A stretch of 33,449 nt of DNA from Thermoplasmata archaeon (GTDB lineage: Archaea; Thermoplasmatota; Thermoplasmata; Lutacidiplasmatales; UBA184), in NCBI GenBank assembly GCA_028864975.1, contig JAGWLG010000038.1, forward strand, positions 1 to 33,449. Direction: 5' to 3'. The notes below the pieces were generated by a model. That model saw only the letters and a program-made list of their open reading frames with translations. It ran no database searches and was not told where the DNA came from. Shown in pieces: positions 1 through 7,667 of this stretch (its first letter is position 1; each line of letters starts with the position of its first letter). The position numbers were made by a program, and so were the translations under genes.

Positions 1-1
1 C

Positions 2-283
2 GAGGACGAGGAGTCGGACGAGGAGTTCCGGGCGCAGCTACGCCGCGCCCCCGTTGTTCAGGGGCGCAGGCGCTTGGAGGTCCCGCTGGGGAGCGCGAGG
101 CGTCTCCACTCCTTGGTCCGTGCCGTGCTCCTCCTGTCGCGCTCGAGCCCGCAGGCCTGGGCCATCGAAGCGCCCACGGCGCGCTCACGAGAAGTGCCGG
201 CGCACCACTACGAGGTAGATGAGGAGGACCAAGAAGATGATGAACAGCAAGAGCGAGACGAAGTAGGAGCCGATGAGGAGTAG
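2..283 (+). CDS. possible 3' end of a truncated CDS entering from the left edge (hypothetical)
   Basis: Frame +2 is open from the window edge to TAG at 281-283 (EDEESDEEFRAQLRRAPVVQ...). The acidic tail after ~185 is the antisense shadow of the hydrophobic membrane gene, so the true extent is doubtful. No motif recognised. Confidence 0.25.
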   Translation, partial: EDEESDEEFRAQLRRAPVVQGRRRLEVPLGSARRLHSLVRAVLLLSRSSPQAWAIEAPTARSREVPAHHYEVDEEDQEDDEQQERDEVGADEE

Positions 284-700
284 GCTCACCACGAGGATGG
301 TCAGGACAAGGGCCCAGAACTCGAGGTCCCACAGCCCTCGGGCCGTGGCGAGCATCACGATCCCGAGGATGAAGTAGAACCCCCCGGCGAGGACATCGCT
401 CCCGAAGGCCCCCTGGCCGAAGAACCGGTAGCCGAGCGCGACTCCTAGGCCAGCGAGGAGGAGGAGCAGCCCTCCCAGCAGCACGAAGAATCCGATGATC
501 CCGATGAGGATGGCCAAGATGCCCACCAGGATGGGAAGTTGCCGGGTCGGAGGCCTGGGAGAGAGTCCTCCCGAGGCAGGGCCGTACGCCCCGCCAAGGA
601 CTATCGGGGCGAGGAGCGGGCCCCCGGGACACGGCCGGGCCGTAGCCCGCCGCCGACCCAGCTTCTCGGTCAACGTCTCCGAAGAGTTCGCACGGCGCAT
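185..700 (-). CDS. small multi-pass membrane protein (hypothetical), start uncertain
   Basis: The C-terminal ~120 aa has about four hydrophobic helices (LPILVGILAILIGIIGFFVLLGG..., GFYFILGIVMLA..., FWALVLTILVV..., LLLFIIFLVLLIYLVVVRR). The N-terminal ~45 aa is low-complexity and may not be translated. Confidence 0.65.
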   Translation of the reverse strand: MRRANSSETLTEKLGRRRATARPCPGGPLLAPIVLGGAYGPASGGLSPRPPTRQLPILVGILAILIGIIGFFVLLGGLLLLLAGLGVALGYRFFGQGAFGSDVLAGGFYFILGIVMLATARGLWDLEFWALVLTILVVSLLLIGSYFVSLLLFIIFLVLLIYLVVVRRHFS

Positions 701-775
701 AGCGCTTCGCTATCGACGGGGTGGTGGAGCCCTCCAGAGCGTTATGTACATCCATCGCGCTCCGCGCGCTCGCCC

Positions 776-2719
776 ATGAAGCTCCTCTTCATCCACGCGG
801 ACCATCTGGCCTATGAGGCCCGCAAGCCCGCGCTGAAGACGCCCCCGCCGCTACCTCCCGAGGGGGGCAAAGGTTCGGCCGACGAAGCCCTTGTGGTCTT
901 CTACTGCGTGGAGGCCGCCGACGCTGCGGACCTCCCCGCGGTGGTCGAGCGGACCGTCGCTGAGGTCCAGGACGTGCTCGGACAGGTCAAGGCCGAGCGC
1001 GTGGTCCTCTACCCCTACGCGCATCTCTCCCAGAGCCTCGCGCGACCGAACGACGCACAGAAAGGCGGGGAGCTGCTCTTCGCCTCGGCCAAGGAGAAGC
1101 TCGGGGTTCCCGTGCAGGCGTCGCCCTTCGGCTACTACAAGGCCTTCGAGATCAAGGCGAAGGGGCACCCTCTCGCCGAGCTCTCCCGGAGCGTCACGCT
1201 CGGGGGGCCGGCCTCGGGCCCCGCCGCCGTGGCTCTCGTGAACAAGCCCGCGAAGGGCGCCCCTACGGCGAGCGGAGTCGCAGCTTCGACCCAGAAGGAG
1301 AGCGAAGCGCTCCAGAAGGAGAAGAAGCTCGTCTCCTCTTGGTTCATTCTGACGCCCGAGGCGAAGCTCGTCCCGGCCAGCGAGTACGACTTCTCCAAGG
1401 ACAAGGAGTTCGAGTCGTTCTACCGCTACGAGACGCAAGGCACGAGGCAGGCGGGCGAGGAGCCGCCGCACGTCCGCCTGATGCGCGAGCTCGAGCTCGT
1501 CGACTACGAGCCCGCGGCCGACGCCGGGAACTTCCGCTGGTACCCAAAGGGTCAGCTCATCAAGCGCCTGCTCCAAGAACAGTGCTCGGAGGTGATTCGA
1601 AAGGCCGGGGGGATGCGCGTCGAGACCCCCATCATGTACGACTACGAGCACCCCGCGCTCAAGCGCTACCTGGACCGGTTCCCGGCCCGCCAGTACATCC
1701 TGCGCTCCGAGGACAAGGACTACTTCCTGCGGTTCGCGGCCTGCTTCGGCCAGTACATGATCTTCCACGACATGGTGATGGGGCGGAAGGACCTCCCGGT
1801 CCGCCTCTACGAGCTCACCCACTACTCGTTCCGTCGGGAACAGACGGGGGAGCTCTCCGGACTGCGCCGTCTCCGGACGTTCACCATGCCCGACATGCAC
1901 ACGCTCACGGCGGACATGGAGCAGGCGAAGGCCGAGTTCTTGGCCCAGTTCCGTCTCTGCCAGCAGTGGATGTCCGACATTGGGGTCCCGTACAACGCTG
2001 CCCTCCGGTTCGTGCGGAGCTTCTACGACGAGAATCCCGAGTTCGTCCGAGCTCTGGCCAAGGAGAACGGACGTCCGATGGTCGTCGAGATGTGGGAGGA
2101 CCGGTTCTTCTACTTCGTGACGAAGATGGAGTTCCACCCGCTCGACACCCAGGGGCGTGCCGCGGCCCTCTCCACGGTCCAGATCGATGTCGAGAACGGG
2201 GAGCGCTTCGGCATCCAGTACACCGACTCCGACGGGAAGCGCAAGCACCCGATCATCCTGCACAACAGCGTCCCCGGCGCGATCGAAAGGAACCTCTACG
2301 CGATCCTCGAGAACGAGGCCAAGAAGATGTCCCAGGGGAAGAAGGGGGCCCTTCCGTTCTGGCTGGCCCCCGTGCAAGTGCGACTGCTCCCGGTCTCGGA
2401 CACGTTCAACGACGCCTGCCTCAAGATCGCGAAGGAGCTCGAGGACCGATGCGGGGTTCGCGTCGACCTGGACGACCGGGACGAAGGGATCGGTCGCAAG
2501 ATCCGGGACGCCGAGAAGGAGTGGGTCCCGCTCATCCTGGTCTATGGGGAGAAGGAATCGGGCGGGGCGAAGTTCTCGGTCCGAACGCGCGAGGGTCCGA
2601 ACCTCGCTCTGTCCTTGGACGAACTCGTCTCCGAGATCCTGAAGCGCCAGGGCGATAAGCCCCGTGCCTCGCTAGGGCTCCCGACCCGGTTGAACCTGCG
2701 GCCCACCTTCCGCGGCTGA
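776..2719 (+). CDS. thrS: threonine--tRNA ligase, archaeal type with N-terminal editing domain
   Basis: ATG at 776 gives MKLLFIHADHL, the archaeal DTD-like editing domain N-terminus, with LYPYAHLS and PFGYYKAF. Class II core: LRFAACFG, YSFRREQTGELSGLRRLRTFTMPDMHT, IILHNS.G.IER. Anticodon domain: FWLAPVQVRLLPV...DLDDRDEGIGRKIRDAE. Confidence 0.97.
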   Translation: MKLLFIHADHLAYEARKPALKTPPPLPPEGGKGSADEALVVFYCVEAADAADLPAVVERTVAEVQDVLGQVKAERVVLYPYAHLSQSLARPNDAQKGGELLFASAKEKLGVPVQASPFGYYKAFEIKAKGHPLAELSRSVTLGGPASGPAAVALVNKPAKGAPTASGVAASTQKESEALQKEKKLVSSWFILTPEAKLVPASEYDFSKDKEFESFYRYETQGTRQAGEEPPHVRLMRELELVDYEPAADAGNFRWYPKGQLIKRLLQEQCSEVIRKAGGMRVETPIMYDYEHPALKRYLDRFPARQYILRSEDKDYFLRFAACFGQYMIFHDMVMGRKDLPVRLYELTHYSFRREQTGELSGLRRLRTFTMPDMHTLTADMEQAKAEFLAQFRLCQQWMSDIGVPYNAALRFVRSFYDENPEFVRALAKENGRPMVVEMWEDRFFYFVTKMEFHPLDTQGRAAALSTVQIDVENGERFGIQYTDSDGKRKHPIILHNSVPGAIERNLYAILENEAKKMSQGKKGALPFWLAPVQVRLLPVSDTFNDACLKIAKELEDRCGVRVDLDDRDEGIGRKIRDAEKEWVPLILVYGEKESGGAKFSVRTREGPNLALSLDELVSEILKRQGDKPRASLGLPTRLNLRPTFRG

Positions 2720-4729
2720 TCCCTCCGAAAGGGAGGGCCGCCGCCGGCGCCGAAAGAGGAACAGGGGGACCAGCATCGCCACTACGAGGACGGCGCCTCC
2801 CACGACGATCAGGAGCGCCCAAGTGGCGTAGGGGGGTGAGGGAGGGGGTACGGAGGGGCAGTTGAACGCCAAGCCCGACTCGGTGACCGTTACGTTCGCG
2901 ACCGCCCTCGACCCCCGCGAATCGGTGACGGTGACCGTCGCGGTCCAGGGGTCCTGACCGGCGTAGGCGTGCGTCGCGTTCTCGCTGTTCCAATCCGACG
3001 AGCCGTCGCCGAACGACCAGTCGAAACTGTAAGGGGGGACGCCCCCGCCGACCGAGCTCGTCAGGCTCGCATTGAGCCCCGGGTGGCCCTTGCAGGTCCC
3101 GCAGGCGCAGCTCACGTTCAGGACCTTCATGCTCGCGACCACCGTCAGCGCGGAGACGCTCTCGACCCGGACCACGACGCTGGCGTTCACGGAGTCCCCA
3201 TTGGTATCGTTGACCCACACTCGCGTAAGGAAGGTCCCTGGGCGGACGAAGAGGTGGGTAGCGTTCTGGGTCGTCGCAGCGGGACCACCGTCCCCGAAAC
3301 GCCACGCGAATCGGTAGAGGGGGACCCCTCCTACGGGGGTGGACGAGAAGGCTGCGCTCAGGGGTGCGGAGCCCGTGGTCGGGGTACCCATCGCCGCAAC
3401 CGTGAGCGGAGGGACACAGCTGGTACCCGAAGTGATGTTGATCGAGCGACCCGAGGTCGCGCTGCCCCCCGCGTGGTCGCGGACCGTTAGGGTGACCGAG
3501 TACGTCCCCCCATTGGAATAGGCGTGCAGGGGATTCTCGCTGGTCGAGGCCGACCCGTCTCCGAAGGTCCAGGACCAGAGGTATGGTGGGACCCCTCCGT
3601 TGGCCGTTCCGTTGAACCCCACCGCGGTGCCGCACGGCGCCGAGGGCGGCCCGGCCGCCTGGGCCGACAGGGTCGTCGAACCCACCACTTTCACGAGGGT
3701 CGCGGCCGAGGGTACGAGCGCGCCGTCCGCGTCGGTCACCGTGACGTTGACCGAGTAGTTCCCCGGAGCGCTCGGAGCACAGGTCAGCGAGCTCGCGTTC
3801 TGGCTCGCGCAGCCAGGGGGCAGCCCGCTCCAGAGGTAGGTGTAGTTCCATCCCCCTCCCGAGGCGATCACCGAGAACGTCGCGGAGGACCCTACGGTCA
3901 GCGTTCCCGCGGGAGCGACGCTGACGTTCGAGACCTGGAGCGGGTCGGCGACCCCCACCTCGGATCCCCAATACGATGGAAGGGCTCCGTAGGGGTTCGG
4001 GAGCCCCAGGTCCGTGGCAAAGACCCATCCTGCCCCGCGAGCGTGCGCGAGGGTGAGCACGCTTTCCATCTGCGCGACGGAGCCCACGCCGTAGACCACG
4101 TGCCAGAAGTGGCTCGGAGCGTAGCTCATGGTCCAGGAGGCTCCCGTGTACGCCGTCGTGTAGTTCGCGTAGGTGTCCTCGAACGTGAGGAGGACGTCCG
4201 AGATCGGGCCGTAGCACGCCCCGGTGGCCGTCCCCGGGTTCAGGACCACGTCGTCGAGGCCGGCCTTGGCCTTCGTGTAGTTGTAGAGCGTGCTGTAGTA
4301 GGCAACGGTCGAGGCCGTGCAGACGTTCGACGCCTCGTCAAAGAAGATCCCGTCCACACCGTACCAGTTGTAGTAGTCGTCGACCCAGCTCTCCGCTTGG
4401 GAGACGCTGACACCCCCACCGGCGTAGCTGGTGTGCACGTACCCCAGGACCCGGATGCCCTGACCCTGGGTCGCCTTGACGGCCTGGACGTACGTCGGGT
4501 CGGACGTGCTTCCAGGTCCGCTCGAGGGGTTCACGACCACGAACCCGACGGCAGCGGAGTCGTTCTGGACCGTGCTCCAGGCCGCCCCCGGATAGATGTA
4601 GAGCGGGACCGCGACGCGCAGGGGTTGGGGGACGGGCGGGGCCGCGCGCACCGACGGGGCCCCCAGGATGAGCGAAGAGAGGAGGAGCGCGGCCGTGAGC
4701 AACCACGTGAGGCCCTTTCGTGGGAGCAC
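2672..4729 (-). CDS. secreted, C-terminally anchored spherulin-4-like glycoside hydrolase (GH135) with PKD/Ig-like repeats
   Basis: Signal peptide (LTWLLTAALLLSSLILGAPSVRA), then spherulin-4 motifs VAVPLYIYP, VVVNPSSGPG, VLGYVHTSY, VDGIFFDE, VVLNPG and LLTFED. Three PKD repeats follow (GGVPxYxxxWxFGDG), then a TM helix and RRRRR. The start is GTG 4729 (GGAGG upstream) or GTG 4768 (GTGA overlap with the upstream stop). Confidence 0.88.
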   Translation of the reverse strand: MLPRKGLTWLLTAALLLSSLILGAPSVRAAPPVPQPLRVAVPLYIYPGAAWSTVQNDSAAVGFVVVNPSSGPGSTSDPTYVQAVKATQGQGIRVLGYVHTSYAGGGVSVSQAESWVDDYYNWYGVDGIFFDEASNVCTASTVAYYSTLYNYTKAKAGLDDVVLNPGTATGACYGPISDVLLTFEDTYANYTTAYTGASWTMSYAPSHFWHVVYGVGSVAQMESVLTLAHARGAGWVFATDLGLPNPYGALPSYWGSEVGVADPLQVSNVSVAPAGTLTVGSSATFSVIASGGGWNYTYLWSGLPPGCASQNASSLTCAPSAPGNYSVNVTVTDADGALVPSAATLVKVVGSTTLSAQAAGPPSAPCGTAVGFNGTANGGVPPYLWSWTFGDGSASTSENPLHAYSNGGTYSVTLTVRDHAGGSATSGRSINITSGTSCVPPLTVAAMGTPTTGSAPLSAAFSSTPVGGVPLYRFAWRFGDGGPAATTQNATHLFVRPGTFLTRVWVNDTNGDSVNASVVVRVESVSALTVVASMKVLNVSCACGTCKGHPGLNASLTSSVGGGVPPYSFDWSFGDGSSDWNSENATHAYAGQDPWTATVTVTDSRGSRAVANVTVTESGLAFNCPSVPPPSPPYATWALLIVVGGAVLVVAMLVPLFLFRRRRRPSLSEGSAAEGGPQVQPGREP
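2721..2737 (+). terminator. short GC hairpin immediately after the thrS stop
   Basis: CCCTCC-GAAAG-GGAGGG starts 2 nt after TGA 2717-2719. No U-tract, so terminator function is inferred only. Confidence 0.3.
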
Positions 4730-4764
4730 GGCCCCTCTCCTCCCGCCCAGAGACCGAGCTGACC

Positions 4765-6612
4765 TCACCCCAGGGGGGGCAAGCCAGCTCTTGGAGAGGT
4801 TCCCTCTTCGCTCGGCCCATGCGACGCGAAGCCGGTCGCGCTTCCCGCCGCAGGGGTGGCGTTCAGGTACCGTCGGCGCAGCAGCATCCCTCCGGTGGCC
4901 ATGGCTCCCAGGAAGGCCGCCGGTCCGACGACCAGGAGCAGCCCCAGATTCGAGCCGGGCGCATACGAGGCGACCGGCGTTGGACCAGGGCTGGGAGCCG
5001 GCTGGCTGGTCGGAGGCGCTGGGGGAAGGACCTGAAGACCGGCGGACGTCGAGGCGGTCGCCAATCCGCTGGAAGCCTCCACACGGACCGTGGCGTTCCC
5101 GGGAGCCCCCGCCGCAACAAAGAGGGCCGAAGACCCGTCGTTCTCCGGGATCAGCTGACCCAGGGAGCCCAGGCTCAAGGTCCAGCTGTAGGCCACGCCG
5201 CCCGACATGAGCGAATGGTTGGAGTCGAACGCGAGGGCATCGAACGTGACGGTGCCGCCCTCAGGAAGGGTGCTGGAGGACAGGGCCCTCAACGAGACAT
5301 TGGCCAACGGGTACGAGGGCCCCGAGGAAGGAGAGGTGATCTCGACCTGGTACATGGTCGAAGGGGCCGAGGCTGGGAGCGACGCATGGTAGCCGGACTC
5401 GTCGCTCGCGGTGACATAGAGGTCCAGGGTCCCGACGGTCGACGTGGCGTTGAACGGCAGGGTGCCGCTGAGCGTGCCGTTGCCGGTCCAGCTCCCCGAG
5501 GGTGCCGAGAGGTTCACGGTGGACCAGAAGAACGCCCCGGTCTCCTTGTACGTGACGTTGACGTAGGGGGGGAGCGACGGGAGGTCCATCACGTCCTGGA
5601 CCCCGACCTGGACGACGAGGTGGGTGGCGACCGGGATGGACGCAGGAAGCGCCGGGGCCGAGGTGAACCTTGGGAACTGGGCTGCGTAGGGGAGCGCCGC
5701 CCACCACTCGTCCGCGATCTCGGCATGGCCGAAGGGGCTCGGGTGGAAGAAGTCGAGCGTGTTCACGTCCAACGCCGAGAAGCTCAGGTTGCCGATGTCC
5801 CAGGTCGAGATGGTCTGGGAGAAGTGCGCGGTCGCGTTCGCGACGATGAGGGCTTCCATGTGGTTGTAGGCGCGGATCATGTACTCCATCATGGCCCGAC
5901 CCGAGGAGGTGAGCAGGGCGGGGCAGGTGTTCTGCCAGACCAGCTGGGCCTGGCTGTTGCCGCCGAAGAGGTCCCAGAGAATCGTCACGTTGACCACGTT
6001 CGCCATCGCGATCACCGCGTTCGGGGCGAGCCCCGCTCCCAGGACCCGGAACGTGTGGTTGAGCGACTGGGAGAAGTTCGCGACGGACGTGGGCGCGGGA
6101 GTTCCTGAGGAGCTGTGGCAGACGTCGTTCCCGCCGATCAGGATCGTGACGAACCCGGCCCGCTCCTCCACGGCGTCGACCGACTGCCAGACCATGTCCA
6201 TGGCCTTGTCCCCGGGGACCGCGAGCAGATGCTCGGTCAGTCGCTGACCCGTGGTGTTCGGGTAGATCGTGAGCAGGCGCTGATAGAACGAGAAGACGTT
6301 CCCGCGAAGGTTCGTGTTGTTCCCTACGGCGTAGGAATACCAGGGCTGTTCTCCCAGGTGGGCCGGATTGCTGTCCGAGTCGTAGGCGGGGGTGATCGAA
6401 TCTCCCAGGGCCGCGTAGACCTGGGGGTCAGGGAGCGGGGTCCCTGGAGTCGACACCGCGGCGGACAGGGTCGGGCGGGGGCTCGTGGAAGGCGTCGGTC
6501 CTGGACCGAAGGCGAGGGCGTTCGCGGGGAGGAGGAGCGACGCGGCGAGGAGCGCCGCGCCAAGGCCAGGGAGGTAGGGAGGGAGCTTCCGCCACACGGT
6601 CGGCGGCACCAC
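4765..6612 (-). CDS. secreted, C-terminally anchored SGNH/GDSL-family hydrolase with Ig-like modules
   Basis: Signal peptide, block I YAALGDSIT, block II AVPG, block III ILIGGNDVC and block V DFFHPSPFGH. Beta-rich modules, a Pro-rich linker, a TM helix and RRR follow. The start may be GTG 6612, 6609 or 6597. Confidence 0.9.
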   Translation of the reverse strand: MVPPTVWRKLPPYLPGLGAALLAASLLLPANALAFGPGPTPSTSPRPTLSAAVSTPGTPLPDPQVYAALGDSITPAYDSDSNPAHLGEQPWYSYAVGNNTNLRGNVFSFYQRLLTIYPNTTGQRLTEHLLAVPGDKAMDMVWQSVDAVEERAGFVTILIGGNDVCHSSSGTPAPTSVANFSQSLNHTFRVLGAGLAPNAVIAMANVVNVTILWDLFGGNSQAQLVWQNTCPALLTSSGRAMMEYMIRAYNHMEALIVANATAHFSQTISTWDIGNLSFSALDVNTLDFFHPSPFGHAEIADEWWAALPYAAQFPRFTSAPALPASIPVATHLVVQVGVQDVMDLPSLPPYVNVTYKETGAFFWSTVNLSAPSGSWTGNGTLSGTLPFNATSTVGTLDLYVTASDESGYHASLPASAPSTMYQVEITSPSSGPSYPLANVSLRALSSSTLPEGGTVTFDALAFDSNHSLMSGGVAYSWTLSLGSLGQLIPENDGSSALFVAAGAPGNATVRVEASSGLATASTSAGLQVLPPAPPTSQPAPSPGPTPVASYAPGSNLGLLLVVGPAAFLGAMATGGMLLRRRYLNATPAAGSATGFASHGPSEEGTSPRAGLPPLG

Positions 6613-6623
6613 CTGGCCGCCGC

Positions 6624-6629
6624 TATTTA
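6624..6629 (-). promoter_or_regulatory. putative TATA box for the SGNH-GH135 unit
   Basis: TAAATA on the minus strand, ~27 nt upstream of GTG 6597, in an otherwise GC-rich context. Confidence 0.5.
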
Positions 6630-6704
6630 GGGAAAGGGGTGGGGCGACGCGGGACGGCCTGGACGCACAGGTACGCTCATGGCCTTCTTTTCCTTCGCTA
6701 GCGC

Positions 6705-7667
6705 GTGGGACCGAGCGATGGCCTCCTCCGGTTCGGGCGGCAACACCTCTACCTGCACTCTTCCGAGCGGATGCCGGAGCTGCGCTCGGGCAGCATGGAT
6801 GTCATCGTCACCAGCCCCCCGTACAACCGCGGGAAGAACTACGACCCGCGGTACTCCGACCGCCTCCCCGAGAAGGAGTACCGCCAGTTGCTCCTCCGCG
6901 TCTTCCGAGAGTGCCACCGCGTGCTCGCGCCTGACGGGGTCTTCTTCCTCAATATCGGAGACGGGGCCCGCGACCAGGGGAAGAGCGAGAAGGTCTGCGC
7001 CTGGGCGCAGGAGGCGGGGTTCCACCGCCTGCAGACCCTGGTCTGGCTGAAGACGATCCTGGGCAAGGGACACTTCACCCCCTCGGGGCAAGGTCGGAGG
7101 TTCTCGAACGTCTTCGAGTACATCTTCCTCCTCTCCAAGACGAAGCATCCCCGCCTCGATGTACGGGCCGTGGGCATCCCCTACGCCGACAAGTCCAACA
7201 TCGGCCGCTACAGCCAGGTCGACCTTCGCGACGCCGGGAACGTCTGGTTCGTCCCGTACCGGGAGACGACGGGAGCCACCGTGAAGAAGGGCCACGAGGC
7301 GCCCTATCCGGTGGAGCTGCCTTGGCGCGCGATCCGGTGCGTCCCCCAGGCACGAAGGGTCCTCGATCCCTTCGCGGGAACCGGCTCCTCGCTGGCCGCC
7401 GCCGAGAGCCTGGGCATCGAGGGCGTGGGGTACGAACCGTATCCCCAGCTCCGTGTGATCGAGCGAAGGCTCGCGACCCCTTTCCACCCGCCCCCTGTCG
7501 TTCTGCTGCCAGAGCTCGAGCGCTCCGTGCGCTTCCTTGCGGACCGGGGCCTCCTGGTCAGACCCCCTGGGAGCGCGAAGCTCCCCGCCCGAGAGCGCGA
7601 GGCGTGGGACACCCTGGGGAGGGTCCTCGAAGCCCTGCGAGGGGGCCTCCCGCCTCGGGTCTCCTAG
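6705..7667 (+). CDS. beta-class DNA amino-methyltransferase (N4-C/N6-A; N6_N4_Mtase family), apparently orphan
   Basis: Motif IV DVIVTSPPYN lies N-terminal to motif I VLDPFAGTGSS (beta order). Also FFLNIGD, FEYIFLLSK, GNVWFVPY and HEAPYPVELP. SPPY is typical of N4-cytosine enzymes. No endonuclease gene is adjacent. Confidence 0.88.
   Translation: MGPSDGLLRFGRQHLYLHSSERMPELRSGSMDVIVTSPPYNRGKNYDPRYSDRLPEKEYRQLLLRVFRECHRVLAPDGVFFLNIGDGARDQGKSEKVCAWAQEAGFHRLQTLVWLKTILGKGHFTPSGQGRRFSNVFEYIFLLSKTKHPRLDVRAVGIPYADKSNIGRYSQVDLRDAGNVWFVPYRETTGATVKKGHEAPYPVELPWRAIRCVPQARRVLDPFAGTGSSLAAAESLGIEGVGYEPYPQLRVIERRLATPFHPPPVVLLPELERSVRFLADRGLLVRPPGSAKLPAREREAWDTLGRVLEALRGGLPPRVS

Noticed and set aside
539-775. 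79-aa N-terminal extension of ThrRS in the ORF track
   Set aside because: It is low-complexity and overlaps the divergent membrane gene. The archaeal ThrRS N-terminus begins at MKLLFIH (776).
851-2377. 508-aa minus-strand ORF, and similar long ORFs at 1339-2658, 2532-4217, 4720-6108, 7322-9124, 12077-13495, 23780-24649, 26417-27562 and 31091-32482
   Set aside because: These are antisense or alternative-frame shadows of confidently identified genes, expected at this GC content. They have no motifs and a biased composition.
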